Positions 1-13,538 of a DNA stretch of 64,000 bases are shown here, piece by piece; within the stretch, counting starts at the first letter, position 1; each line of letters opens with the position of its first letter. A program made the position numbers and the translations under genes. Origin of the DNA: Phoronis australis (Eukaryota > Animalia > Phoronida). The notes under the pieces were generated by a model that ran no database searches, had not been told where the DNA came from, and worked only from the letters and a program-made list of their open reading frames with translations. The stretch lies in the NCBI GenBank assembly GCA_002633005.1, contig NMRA01000392.1, positions 347,763 to 411,762 on the forward strand, in the 5' to 3' direction.

Positions 1-1777
1 CGTCTTAGTGTAATTTGCAAGTTTGTTATGATTTGTTTGCTATAAAAAGTTGGTTTCATAATCAGTGTGTCCTCTCAACTGTCATATAACTAGTTTGAAA
101 TTGTACTTATGGTTATGTTACTGATATTTAAAATACAATACACAGCTTACCAAACTCAGAAATTTGTTTTGTTAAGGAAATCAGCTACAGTTAAATAGAT
201 GCACAGGATTGGGTTTACTTGTTGTGATGTTAACAATGGCATGCAATTTATATAGTGAAGTGGTGCAAATCTTAAGGAAATGGCAATTTCACAGTCTCTA
301 CAGTTAGTTACTGATAGGGGAGATCAATACATTTCAATGGGTCCATTTATAATGTCAAGTTTTCATGCCATTCCATGCCTGAATAGCATGTTGACTTTGA
401 AGTCAAGAAACCAAGGTTTGCATTATATAACTGCTATTACAATAGGGCTGTAAATCATGAGCAAGGCAAGTGTGGAAGAATAAGCAACATTGGTTGCCTA
501 CCTTTAACTGCATAATTGATAAGACTTACTCTCAAGAGTGCCTTTGCTCCTTTCTTAGACAACATTATATGCTACTTAACTAATGACATGGTAGCAGCAA
601 GCTTTTAGCTTAATTTGATCTAGCTCAAGTTAGCTACCTTAATGTTGTTGATAATCGGGAAATAATGGGCCAGATAGTTTCTTAATAAATTGTTGTGGGA
701 ATTGTAATCACATTTCAATTGTTTCTTATTTATGTATTTGGATCCCCCTGTTGATGGCTAGCTAGTTTTATTGTTATTCTTCATCCCTCTGGATAGTGGC
801 TGCTGATAAGATTATCATTGACTTTCCTATCTGACTGGTGGGTTGTATACAGCACTAAGGGATTAGCTGATAGCTAGCTTGTTGCTGTTGATTAATGCCT
901 CAATTTTTCCAGGTGGCGAACAATTGAAATTTCCTTCATAGCTAGGTCATTGTTCTTCTTGTGATAAGATTTTCTTCAACAGATAAGATATTCTTCATTT
1001 TTATCAGCAGGATAAGACCTGTTGTTAGCTTTAGTTGACATCTGTTAAACCCAAGTTATGGTTTCTCGTTTAGGGTTTTGAACCCTATATGCGTAGCATA
1101 TTTTTAAAGTTATTGACTTTTTGTCTTATTTTTAACATTAGTTCATAGAAAGTGTAGTTGCATTGTCTTGTTCTATTTAGTTGCACATTCTTTCATCTTA
1201 ATTATCCTTCTGTTATAGAATAAATATTCCATTAAATATGAATAATAATGGCTAACTGGACAAAGCATTAGAAATTAAAACAGGTGGCTTAACAAAAATA
1301 TTTTCATCAATAAAATTGTTTTTAAAAGAAACTGCTGGCTTTGAGTAAGTCTTAACTATACTGATTGATGAGAAATGTGTATTTTTGTTACTTCAACTTT
1401 GTTACGACGAGGTCTGATAGCCGATTCAATCTACATAATTAAAATACGATTTTTTCTTTATTGTGACACAGGAAATGAAGTACTATAGAAATAATATTGG
1501 TTGTTGCTAGTCATAAGTCATAATAAAAGTTACACAAACAGTCAATGCATGATAGTGACAAATATGGATGATAATACTTGTCAAGATTTGTACAGTGACA
1601 CCTGGATTACCTCAAAGTCCAACTGCTGCCTGGTGGTTTGGCAATTGCCCCTATTATGTTGCACACAGAGAAGAATTAATGAGGAGCATATTATTGCCAC
1701 ATTGGATAAACGTTTATTTCACATAGCTAATCGCGTGTGCTTTCCCCCCTCAGTGTGTATATGATGGGTCTTGTTAC

Positions 1778-2201
1778 CAAGGTACCTAAACTACATGGTT
1801 AACGGACTCATAAATACGGTCACGGACGCATGAACATGACTCACAGACCTGCAAAACCATCCACTGACTCACAAACACGGGAACGGACTCACAAAAACGG
1901 GACACGGACTCATATTCATGAGGGAACACAGTTAACGGACCGCCAAACACGGGTCATGGACTCATCGGCTTCTTGGGTCAGTTGACATCTACATTTTGTT
2001 CGTAAACTGTGTTTGGCTGTCCGTTAAACGTGTTTCTTCGTGAATGTGAGTCCCGTGTATTTGGATGAATGGAGATCGTGTTTTGTGAGTCCGTTCCCAT
2101 GTTTGTGAGTCAGTGGACGGTGCTTGCAGGTCCGTGAGTCATGTTCATGCGTCCGTGACCGTGTTTATGAGTCCCTTAACTGTGTAGTTTAGGGAACCTT
2201 G
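1778..2201. mobile_element. Palindromic MITE with long TIRs and internal GGACTCACAAA sub-repeats
   Basis: CAAGGTACCTAAACTACA... / ...TGTAGTTTAGGGAACCTTG arms pair over >120 bp. Flanks gttac/attac. A degenerate relative lies at ~10840-11230. Confidence 0.7.
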
Positions 2202-2779
2202 ATTACCTAGAGAAAGATAACATCAGCAGCCTGAGGCGATTTAATTAACCACAACAGCATGTTGCGTTTGACCTAAATGGACAGATTCTGTGGAATGGAA
2301 ACCTGTGGAGTTGCCCAATTTCGACCGGCTAGGGTGTCATCAATAGTTATGGTAGTTATATGTAGTAGTTAAAGTAAATGTAGTTGTAAGAGCAGTAACA
2401 GTTATACTCAGTGTGACTCAGTCTTACCACGACTCCTCTGTTCTAAGATGAGCCTCACCTATCCAGGTGAGCGTCACCCCATGCTCTTATGCTAGTCTAT
2501 TCTCTGGAAGTCTTTTCTAGGCCGTTTTACACATTCCATCATGTCACTTATTTTCATCTTTTGGTCCAATACTTTTAAGAACTCTTGCTAAGTACTGATC
2601 AGCATAGTTGTCAATCATGTCACTTTGCCACCTGTCTGCTGGTAATGGTACTTTGTCTCCCTCTTCAACAGAATTTTGCAACACATATTGGAGAAGTTTT
2701 CCTGTGGCACTAATTTTAATTGCGATAGTAGAATGTACTTGTGATTTATGGCAATAACCGTTACTTTCAACTTTTCCAG

Positions 2780-2924
2780 AGAGTTTTACTACATACAGAT
2801 GGAGAAGTATTCTCGTGCTTCTCTGGCCGATGGTGTCCAACATGCTGAAGAACTGACAGTGACAACGGACTCGGAGATCTACCGAGTACTTAATCTTCAC
2901 TACAACCGCAACAACCAGTTAGAG
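2780..2924 (+). CDS. PROX1: Prospero/PROX homeobox protein, penultimate coding exon (end of homeodomain, start of Prospero domain); upstream exons lie outside the window
   Basis: ttttccag|A GAG TTT TAC... translates (R)[48 protein letters not shown], then donor gtgaga at 2925. Matches the conserved PROX/Prospero segment [10 protein letters not shown]...YRxLNxHYN. Confidence 0.95.
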
Positions 2925-5900
2925 GTGAGACTCACTTATTGTATTCTAATCACCTGATGTTACATAACAACTTTCTCTGGATCAGCATTATGTGTTGCGT
3001 TCATAGGGTTTCAACAACTTTAGGGTCTCAATTGTGTTGCCAAAACCCTATAGGACTGATTAACTTTACTGCCTCCTTTATGATTGCAAACATTGGGCTT
3101 TTTCTTTAGCTACAGCTGTTTTTACATGGGGAACAGTTGTCACGGTGCGAGTTGCCACTTTAGGTGCATTTACACTACATTAGATGGCAAACTGGGTCAG
3201 CATGAGTCATTTACTCGAAGACTGTCTGTGCATGCTTGCGTAGACTATAGTGAACGTCCAAACCATGTAGAATGCTAGCAAATCGCTCGTACCTACACTA
3301 TAACGCAAGTGTAACAGAGATGATCCCTTCTGCCTTGTCTCAGTTTGTGTTTGGACGTGTAATTGAAGCTGATCGAGTGCAACTTGCTCTACCTCACAAC
3401 CAGTGTCAAAAATGGCTGTCACGGTGTCAACTTGCCCCGTGTCGGTCATGCTTACACACACAAACTTTTACCCGATCAGCTGTTTCCCGTGTAAATCCAA
3501 CCAAGTAACTGCCCAAACATCCGCAAGACTTTACCCACTCCTTTAAACAGTTGGTTTTAGGTGACTGTTAAGAAGGCTGATAGATAGTAGTGCCGTTTTC
3601 ATGTATTTGGAAATCCCAGAAATATTTCAGGGAGGAATGCAAATGGTCATGTTCCAAAGGTCTCGCAAATACAGGAAAGTTGAGTCACCCCTATTGGCAG
3701 ACACTAACACTACACAGTCTATGCACTACAATGCTCGTGTCTGGACCAGTGGTTTATGGTAAAGATGATAATCAGAATTTTACTTGAATCAACAAACCAC
3801 ATAATTCATGAATAATTTTCCTCTCAGTATTAATCCTGCCTGCGAAATTTTGTGCACCTCAAAGTCCCTGTAAATTAGTGTCAAATACAGCATTTTCTTT
3901 GTAAAAATTTGCTTGAAAATACACAAAATTATTTCCGCCAATTTTCACTTGGAACCAGTATGTTGTGATAGCGGACAATGGCTACCTTGACCATGGGATT
4001 TTCAACTCCACTTTGTTGTCAGATTGGCCACTGAACTTGGAAGTGTTGTAATGAACATTCTCATGGTCAAGTCATGGTTGTCATTCTCAAAACCAATTTC
4101 AGTGCAACTTGGATTGAAAAGTAAGCCTTGATGTTTGAGGTTCCAGATTGCAGTTTTCAAAACTGCTTGGACTATAGAAAAAGACTTAGACTAAAATTTT
4201 TGTTTTCTCAACTTCACAAATTTTGCACATACATCAAACACCTAGATTTTTATAGAAATAAATAAGATTTTTTTTCAAATTACTTTACTGTTCAGCTGTT
4301 ACTAACAACAAGTGAAATTTTGTTGGCATACTAATTAGGTTTTGAAAAAGACAATTTTGCTTTATAAGTTTGTGAGATGCTGAATGCACTATCTTGTTTG
4401 GGAGGATGGCTAATTGTGCCCAACTGTTGAATGTGTCTAGAAGACTTCAGTAAGATTTGTACCCTCTGGCATCAGAATACTTCAGAAACAATAGGTCTTT
4501 TCATCAGCACATGCAGCCATGCTGATAATTGCTTCTACTTGTTTTTTAATATCAAATTTCTGGACAAGACTATCAGAAGGCAAATGTTTGCTAACCCAAG
4601 CGAATTACTATGAACCTCAGAAAGAAATCGGAGACTAATTCCGTACTCTTGCCATTAAATATACATTTGCTGGGAAATTGGTTGTCTAGAATTCTATTAT
4701 CTTTGACCGGGATAATTGCGAAGAAAATAGCTCCAATACTCATCTGCAATTTCCAAAAGCAATTTTTGCCTAAAATGGTGATTATCCAGTTGATGTAAAG
4801 CAAACTCAGACAGAATATTTCCGTTATTTGTGTTTTGATCCTGTCAGCATTTATTCCACACGTTCAGTTGTTGAGAAATGTGAATATTAATTTCAAAGGT
4901 CTTCATCAAATTCATTTTGTGACCACCCTAAGTATTCACAGAATGTTAAGATATCAAGAATGTTACTGATCAGTAATCGCATTAATAGTTATACAGTTGA
5001 ATCCCAAAAGTTATGTTTTCTTTGAGTGTCTGTACTATCATGAGCAGTTACAAGGTTCCAGTTGCCTCTGATTTTTTATGCTTGGGTCACCTATAAGTCA
5101 CATTCGTTATTTGTTGAATTTTATCAAAAATTTTGTGTGATTGGTCCTGCCCTGGTGATCACCAGGCCTATGTGAGCTTAATACAATCACATGGTGATGA
5201 TTAAGATATTACCAGGAGATAATTCACGTATTTAATGAGATGAAAAGTAAATTTCCCAGTCCAAGATAATTGGCTGAGAGCTGCTATTAAGATACGCTAT
5301 TAGTCATAATTTAAGTTTGTATGACACTGAGGTAATGGCTGTAAAGGAAATTATCTGTGTTAGAAGGAAATTGATGAATTATTCTATTTGCTACTACAAT
5401 TACTTGTTGATAGCATCTGCACTGTCTTGTTGATTGGGGATATCACAAGGTTGGCTTAGCTGAAACTGTGTGATTGCCTACAATTATAGCTCTTTTAATT
5501 ACTTGAGCTGCAAACTTCCTAAATGACTTTTCTCAGTAGCAATCAATGATTGCTACTTCCCTTAAACTGAAAACAATCTGTCTCTTTCATTTGATTTTAT
5601 GCTAACCTTAATAGCCTGAATAGGACTTCAGGAATTGTATGTGCACGTTTTGTGTTGCCAATGTTTGTTAGTGTATAAGATCTCGCTTTTAAAATTAGTT
5701 TTATGTAATTTCTGTTAAAAGCTGGCCCATCTTTTGTACTGTTCTCAGAAAACATAATTTGACATTCCAAGAATTTGCCAGCACTTCCTGTCATCACTAA
5801 GTCACGCGATGTGAATCATAACTGGGATGGTAATGCAATTCTGTTTTGTTTCAAGAGAATACCGTTTGTTATTTAGGGAGCATTCACATATTACGTCATT

Positions 5901-6179
5901 CAAAATTTGCCACTTTTTACCCCTTCCCCCCTCTGTCTTCACCCGTCACCATGATATAACTCCCCCCCATCCAGCCTCTAAATATGTTATTGCAGACATT
6001 ACCCCCTCCCCACCTTCCTAGTTTTGAAAGAACTGACATTTCATTGGATATTCCGTCTTTATGATTCGCTTTATAATCGTAAGTTGCATTTGCCACTGTT
6101 GTGCTCCTCAATGAAGTAAAGTTTGCCATTTCAACTATCAAACCAAAAATAATGAATTTTTTCATTAAAAAGTACACCA

Positions 6180-8080
6180 GGGGAGTGAGGATAGGACAGC
6201 AAAAACAAAAAGTTTTAATATTTTTGCGCTACCTGGTGGCCACTTTAAATTTTATAATACATTTTTGTCATTAGCCTCTCTATCCCCTAAACAACTCAAA
6301 GGATCGTTATGAACATTGGCAGATTTGTTCATGGTGAGAAGACTGCAACTGACATTGATTTTCAGATGGGTTTAACTGTTCTGGTGCCACCTAGGGGCAA
6401 TTTTGGTTTTTGAGTCTATAGCTGTATTGGTGGATCTTTTTGAAATTTGACAGATGTGTTCCTATGGAGATGGCAACAGATGATAATAACTTTTAGACCA
6501 ATCCGACTACAGCTGTGCCCCCTAGTGCATGGCAGTTTTATATTTTTTATGTTTGCCTCTGTTATTTGAATTATGGGTGGACTGTCGTGAAATTTGGCAA
6601 ATAGGTTTCGTTTAAGGAGACAACGATGCCTTTTCATTGTCTGGTGGATTTGACATATTCTGCACCTCCTACTGGCCATTCGAGTCCGTTTTTGGCGTCC
6701 ACCTCTTTATCCGACAAACTGTTCAAAGGATTATTATTAAACTTAGCAGTTGCTTCTGATGAAAAGACCATGGCTGACGCTGATCTTGAGATGGGTCTGA
6801 AAATGTGGCGGCCTCTTGTGGTGATTTTGTACTTGTACGACCACGGCTACCTGTATTGGTCGACTAAATGCGACAATGACTGCCTGAAACTTTTTGAACG
6901 GCTCTGACTGTAATGTTCTGCGTTGGACAGACAAAATCAAAGTCCGAGTTTGACGAGATGATTTTATTTACTAATTCCACTTGGAACCTCAGTGAAAACT
7001 TTGAATCCTTGTGAGAACCGTGTGAGAACTGTAAATCTATGAAAATACACAAAATACTCTAAATACATGACAATATTATATAAAACCGAATCTAAATTAA
7101 ATTGTTAACAATAGTCACTCTAAGAAACTAGTCAAAATTACTCAAATCTAAATGAATCGGTATATGAACTTTAAATCACATTTTACTAAACCAACATTTA
7201 TCTTAAAACGTAGTATATCTTAGAATATTTCATAGCTCATAAACTCTAATGAGACTTACAGAAATTGCTCCCTTTGATCTTATCCACGCATGAACATCCA
7301 ATTCTTGTTTTGTGTATCAGTATGATCCTTGTCAGTGACTGAATACACTCCTTGAGACTCTACAGACTCGGTGATCTGCCTAAAATACTTGATTCTCCAA
7401 AGTTACTGAGCTTCCTCGTCTCCTAACTTTTTCTTTTGAGAATGACGCTTATGTTTGCTCCAGAAATATTTATACTCTAAAATATGACTAAACATCACAT
7501 GGACACTGGTCAAGGCATAAGTACATCGGTGTGGGTGTTTCTTAGAATCAACCCACCTAAAACTGACCACTCCAAAACATGTTTTGGTGACCGTATCCTG
7601 TTTGTCAGAACTGCACTGAGAACTTAACAGAACTAAGGCTTTTCTGAAGAAATTGCGCAATACTCAATTTACCACAACAAGTTGTTTACAATACCAAGTC
7701 CCGTTCTAGAATATTTGTGACTTTCAAAATAGTTAACTGATATTAACTAACACATTTGTTCATAAATTTAATCATCGATTTATAATAAATCGTTACATAA
7801 TTCTAACATTTTTCATCAAAAATGTTACACTGACTACTGTAGTAGGCTACACCATAGTGGCAACTTTAGTTTCTACGTTTGCCTTTATATCTTTGGGGTC
7901 CCTTAGTACTTTTCACCAATTTTAGCAGTTTTGTTATAGATAAACGCCTTCCAGATTTTAGATGATGCAAGGTATTCTGTGCCATGCAGTGATCATTTTT
8001 ATGATACTAAAAACACCCTTGAAGCACACCGTTTGCAGTGCATCAATGGGTGCATTTCAACACTCAGCGTTGCTCTTGTT
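6180..8080 (+). mobile_element. Degenerate HINE-like copy interrupted by an LTR-like insert (~6707-7797)
   Basis: Repeat units at ~6224, 6384, 6513, 6661 and 7845; family 3' end gggtgcatttcaacactcagcgttgctcttgtt at 8048-8080. Confidence 0.55.
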
Positions 8081-9628
8081 ATCTTAAGTTACAACACTAT
8101 CGACTTCGTTTACTCTGTGGCCAGTCTCCCCTGAATCGGCAATCTGCAGAGCAAAATTTGAAATTTATTAATGAAACTTGAGGTGTTGTATGAGAGCAAT
8201 GTGAAACAATTCTGCCATATTTTAATTTAATCTTGCAAAAATAAATTCTGTCACAACACTGCATGTATGCGCAACAAGCTCACAATGTAAATCCCGTCTC
8301 CAACAAAACATGACCACTCCATTCGCTGGACATTCTGATCATGCCCTTATGTGTGTCGTCACTGTGATGATTTTCAGTGAGTAGGCAGTGTGCCTGTTCA
8401 TAAGGTAAGCTTAGTGAAATATCATCAAATCATGGGAGAATGAAAAAGCAGGTCCCGGTGCTAGGTGATCCAGTTTCCCAACGATATGTACTGTAAAGGA
8501 GATATTCTAATGAACCCACATGACTGTTGACGTCACTATGAGTCTAACCCCCCTCCCTACTGTCATAAATGGTCATCTTTTTGGAATGCCTTCCCCCATG
8601 CCTTCCCCCTCGAGTGATGATGTAATATGTAAACGCTCCCTTAGTCTCTAATATGGTGTCTAAAACTGAAGTAACATAGCCCTTGGTATCAAAGGAAAGT
8701 TTGTTTGCAGACGAGTCTTGGATGTACATTTGGAAAATATCATTTTAGGGATCAAAAATCAAGTCATATGCCTTGACATATATTTGGGAGATTGGATATG
8801 CTCTCAGTGAGGCATAGATCAATACCCTAGGAAGGCCCAAATTGAAACGTAAACTCAAAACACTGGGGTATCTAAAGATGAACCATTCTGCAGACAACTT
8901 GGGAATGAATGTGTGCGATAGATGACTTTGCTGAACTCAATGACATTTGGGTTTGTCGTCGCATCACAGGATTGATGGTGCCCAGTGAAACATGTTATCC
9001 TCTTTTAAATGTATTTCACGAATGTTTAGAATATTTGTGATAGCAACAATGTTTCTGCTCATGCCACAGTGAATTTTTAGTAATCAAAAAATTAATTACC
9101 TTTTTACTCTTTAAAATCAGGGCACTGAGATTTGTAGCTTGATGTTAATATTATTCCACCTCAAATTGGGAAGCTATGTGGTAAATTTTGATAAATCAAG
9201 TTGCAGCCTGCATCAGGGAACTATTTTGAAGTACATGCATTCATTAGGTCTGCATTTCCACTGCATTTTGTAACTTTTGAGCTGCCAATAACAAATTATG
9301 AACAATTAAGCCACTTAATTAAGGTTATAACATTGCTTTCATAATATTCCTTGTCATGATAGGATTTGATTTCCATTAACAAGAACATCGAAACATCAGT
9401 CACCCAAGAAAACATTTCAGAGTTTATCAGAGTTGGCCAATCTTGAAATTGCAACTTGGAAAATGACACATCTACACATTACCTGAGACTTGAGTTGTCT
9501 TCTCGTTCATCAACAGTTCAGGATCGGGTGACCTTGGGTAAATATTTTTGATATTGACGGCTAAATGTCATGTTGTCCCTTTTAAGTAGGTGACATGAAA
9601 TAAAGAAAAAGTAAACTTTTGACTTCAG

Positions 9629-9811
9629 GTCCCTGATAGCTTCAGAGCAGTGGTTCAGCTAACACTTCGGGAGTTCTTCAAGTCAATCTCCACTGGCAAG
9701 GATATTGAGCAGTCATGGAAGAAACAGATTTACAAGGTCATAGCGCGCCAAGATGAGCCAGTGCCAGAATACTTCAAGTCGGTCAATTGGATGGAGCAGT
9801 TGGCAGATTAA
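9629..9811 (+). CDS. PROX1: Prospero/PROX homeobox protein, terminal coding exon (Prospero domain C-terminus)
   Basis: gacttcag|GTC CCT... translates [60 protein letters not shown], phase 0 with the 2780-2924 exon. Contains the Prospero-domain hallmarks TLREFF, GKD, SWKKxIYKVI and VPExFKS. Confidence 0.95.
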   Translation, partial: VPDSFRAVVQLTLREFFKSISTGKDIEQSWKKQIYKVIARQDEPVPEYFKSVNWMEQLAD

Positions 9812-11908
9812 CGTTTCAGTTGCTCAACAGGGAGTGGTATGAGGTTCTAAGTCTGTAGGGTATTAACATGTCACAGTGGTCAACACAAGGTTTATGAACT
9901 TCCAGCTGGAGCTAGTCTTGGGTATTTGTAATGGTAACCGCTCTGACATGGTCTCTCAGCCTCCTAAGTATGTCTCACCTTTCTAGAGCTTTCTGTCTCA
10001 TGCAAGAGTTCTCTGTACTATCATAAGTGCGTCTTTAATTAAGTTATAGCAGAACCAGGAACTAGTTCAGCTTTTGTCCAAAAGGTGTTCTCTTATTCAG
10101 ACCAGGTTGGAGTGAACACTACTGTCAATGTCTATAATTTTTATGGACTGCAGTGTATGCTGGTTGAATTTAAGTCGTATTGGTGCCTAGGAATGTTGTC
10201 GTTGTCTTATAAATATTCTTCATTTACAATCAAAGTGCGAACACGTGCATAAGATTTCAAAATGGGTGCATAGTAATGCTTTAACTATCTAGCAGTTGTC
10301 GTCATTGGTGCTATAAACTCTACCACTCAGTGCAATATTATATCAGGTGATATCAAACATGTGTTAGGTCATGTAATATTCTGTTCAGTAACAATATCGG
10401 GATACCGTTAGTTTATGATTGTCTGACGTTAAGTTTAGTGGTAAAGTAACCCCATGTGTTTGTAACCCATCCAATGCATGCTAGTTATATTGCAGATATA
10501 TGGATTACCATTATTTTATCTACGTTTTTGTGCAGTAGTTTCATCAAATTGTTAGCCATCAGTATCTCATGATACCCTAGATTGCTAATGTAAACTTTTG
10601 TTTATACTATATCTACCTGTACTTGTAATATCTTAGCGCTAGGAACACCCAGCACATATTATATTATTTACACATTGTTTCTCACATTCTTCATGTATGT
10701 GTTGTACTACAACACGTTGCCAGTACTTTTGTGTATTTAATTGTGCAGTTTGATGAGTCACGGTCCTGTTTCCTAGTATGCATTAATTTTGCATCCAGTT
10801 TCTTTGTGGAGATATAGCAGGGGTTGGAAGCAACATGAATGCCACAGTCATGGACATTTTAAAAGCTCCTCACTTACAAACATGGCTTGCGGGCCTGATA
10901 AAACTCATTTCGGCAACTGACAGACTCATGCTGGAACTCATAAGTACGGATCACAGACTGCCCAATATGGTACCAAACTCACTTATAAATATGGTTTGCC
11001 CACCTAAAAATAGTTCGCTACAAACTTGTGGCAGGACTCACAAACGCGGTGCACGGACTCCATGTTTGCCTGGGTGGTCACTGAGGTGAGTTTGTGGGTC
11101 AGAAGACATTATTGGATGCACAAGCCATGTCTTGCAAGTTAAGGTGTTTGTGAGTGGGTGTACAGACTTGGAGGTCCACGAGCCTCATTGTTTTCACCCA
11201 TTGTATGCGTGCCTTAAAACCTGTTAATGGTTGTATTTATGGCCTCAACGGTGATATTATGCTTTGTCAGTGTACATTATGAATATGCAACAGATTTCTG
11301 TAAATTATTTATTGAATGTTAAATGCTTTATCATGTAAATATTTGGTTATGCGTCAACATTTACCAATGATATTTGTATACCGTGTGGAATTTGATTGTG
11401 TATTTCTGTCTTAACTTATTTTTAATGAGTAAAGGTTCAGGGAAATATTTGTGAAGAAGCTGTACACTATTTTAGTAAATTCAGTGTAGTTTATTGCAGT
11501 TCGGGGCTTAATTTGTTGAGGTAAAGATGTCTGCAAAAAAGAATATATTGTGTTATTAATTTATACTTTAGCTTGAAAGCTGGGAATTTTGTGGTCTATA
11601 GAAAGAGTTGTTATTAAAATACTTTGTGCTTGCAATTCTATATACTGTCATTGGGCTATAGGCACTTTTGCTGACTGATAATGTGAATAATGTGTCCTTC
11701 AATTCCTTAATCAGTAATAAATTAATATTGTGTCATAGAAAAGCCTTAATTTTGCTCAACATTGTTGGTCTGCATGTTTTCTGCTGTTAAGCCAATTAAT
11801 CTGTAATGATTTCATGAGAAACTCGCTTTCATTTTTAGTGGCCCCACAAAGTGGCTGTACGGCAAACTACACATTCATGGGCAAAGATATGAAGAAAGAC
11901 AACTTCAC

Positions 11909-11919
11909 TTTAATTTATT
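11909..11919 (-). terminator. Candidate poly(A) signals (AATAAA/ATTAAA) of the MIEN1/SelW2-like gene
   Basis: Plus-strand tttaatttatt reads as overlapping AATAAA and ATTAAA on minus, downstream of the SECIS, with a T/GT-rich tract beyond it. Confidence 0.4.
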
Positions 11920-12483
11920 GCAAGCTGTGGAGCATGACTACAGGAAACAGAAAAAAATAAAATAAAATTTCAAGAAGCAAGATCATTGTGTTCCAGTTTC
12001 ACAAGCTTTTAAATTTGGTATTGGTTTAAGTGCAAAAACTTCTCCATGTCCATTGCATTAGTTTTACCTGTTGCAAGTGCTCAAGGGGGAACCAGAGCTT
12101 CGGTTTTCAGTCTGTCCTATTCGCATACATAAAACAATAGTTACAATATTTCCTGATTACACAGAGCACACACATAAGAAGCATTGATGCATTTATCAGT
12201 TTCCACATAAACTTTCTATTACAAATTTGGGTATCAACTTACACATTTCCATTTAATCAAAATAAATATTTGAAGGAAGACAAATGCTGAGCACACAACA
12301 CAAGCCCAAGTTTAAAAGAATTATTTTGTAATTTTCAAATAGCACGATTTCTCGACAGAAAATGTATAACAAAACATCATACCTTGATAGTTTCATTTTA
12401 ACACAACACGTCAACAATATACAGATATGTGATCATGTGACTCACTCCACCCAATCATCAACACCGGTGTGCTATGAACTGCA

Positions 12484-12541
12484 CCATAAACCATCCAACT
12501 GAGGGCTGGCTGAGTTTCACCTCCAGTCATCATTACACGGT
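12484..12541 (-). ncRNA. SECIS element (eukaryotic selenocysteine insertion sequence) in the 3'UTR of the MIEN1/SelW2-like gene
   Basis: Minus strand ACCGTG-TA-ATGA-TGACTGGAGGTG-AAA-CTCAGCCAG-CCCTCAGTTG-GA-TGGTT-TATGGT. It has the AUGA...GA kink-turn core, a 12-nt spacer to unpaired AAA, helix II GACTGGAGG/CCTCAGTT and helix I ACCGTG/TATGGT. Folded by eye. Confidence 0.88.
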
Positions 12542-13451
12542 CAGATCAAAGTACACATGCTCTTATGGTTGGCATGGAAAGGCGCTTCATCAGTAACTGA
12601 ACCCAGGACAAGTGTAAACCCATCCATCACCACGAGCGACAAGAAGAAGATTAAATTCAATCCTCACTGGAATTGAGTATTCAAATCCAAACCAGTGTAT
12701 AAATAAAGCAGATTCAACTAACTTCATGTTGTTCCCATCTCAAATTTCAAGACTTTTTTGTAGATATCCAAAAAGTTCAGGTATAGTTTGCCTGTTTTTC
12801 ACCAAAAATAGCATCCAAGTTAAATGCCATATCACAAGACACAGAGTCCAAATACATTAGACTAAGACCTGTACTCGAGGCAAATTCCCGACTTGATCAA
12901 ACTCTGCAAGCCTGTTTCATTAAAAGCCTTTAGTCCAGTCACAGTTAAGATGGTCATATCTTCATTTTTATTGACCAACTATTGGGGAACATGGTTATAA
13001 AGGAAGGCTTTCAATTAGAATGTGAACTATGGTGATCATATTTTCAATAACAGCAAAATGCAATGTCGCATTCGCAGTCTCAAGTAAGAACAAACTTTTA
13101 AAAGATGTTTGATTAAATGGGCCCTCCTACATGTGTGTCAATACTAAGAATGAATGCTCCATTTTATACAGAGGGCCCAGCCTCATCGTGGCCTGTACAA
13201 TCCCTCTGCTCCTCATTTCTCATGAAAACGGGTATATCCCCAACCGCAGAATGCCATGCTGCACACATCAAGACTATTAACGTAACATGCGATACTCTCA
13301 AAGGTGCACTTCTCACAGTAACAGCAGCAAGTATTTACTTCCAGTTAGAAATCTGCCTCGGCATGGCAATAGAAAAGGACTTTCATGACATTTAGTGAAC
13401 TTATGACACAGCCCACTCAAGGTTCAATTACTGATGCTGTTACACTGAGCA

Positions 13452-13538
13452 TTATAATATTGTACATCCTGGAGCCACCGAGTCTTTGATCTGTTCTGGC
13501 TCAAGACCCTTTGATGCTTCGTCAATGGCTGACATTAA
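13452..13538 (-). CDS. MIEN1: MIEN1/SelW2-like selenoprotein, terminal exon with CaaX prenylation motif
   Basis: ttttag|TTA ATG TCA ... TGT ACA ATA TTA TAA gives LMSAIDEASKGLEPEQIKDSVAPGCTIL*. A terminal CaaL box is characteristic of MIEN1/SelW2 (human CVIL). The four exons sum to 38+98+77+87 = 300 nt. Confidence 0.92.
   Translation of the reverse strand, partial: LMSAIDEASKGLEPEQIKDSVAPGCTIL

Noticed and set aside
2544-2900. 118-aa minus-strand ORF
   Set aside because: Antisense shadow of the Prox exon; no recognisable domain.
12580-12640. Possible second SECIS (GTGA...TGAT) on the minus strand
   Set aside because: The stem is mostly G-U pairs, needs a bulge next to the core, and has no apical AA.
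13160-13225. Hairpin GCAGAGGG/CCCTCTGT preceded by ATGA in the MIEN1-like 3'UTR
   Set aside because: No 3' GA to complete the kink-turn and no apical AA; not a SECIS.
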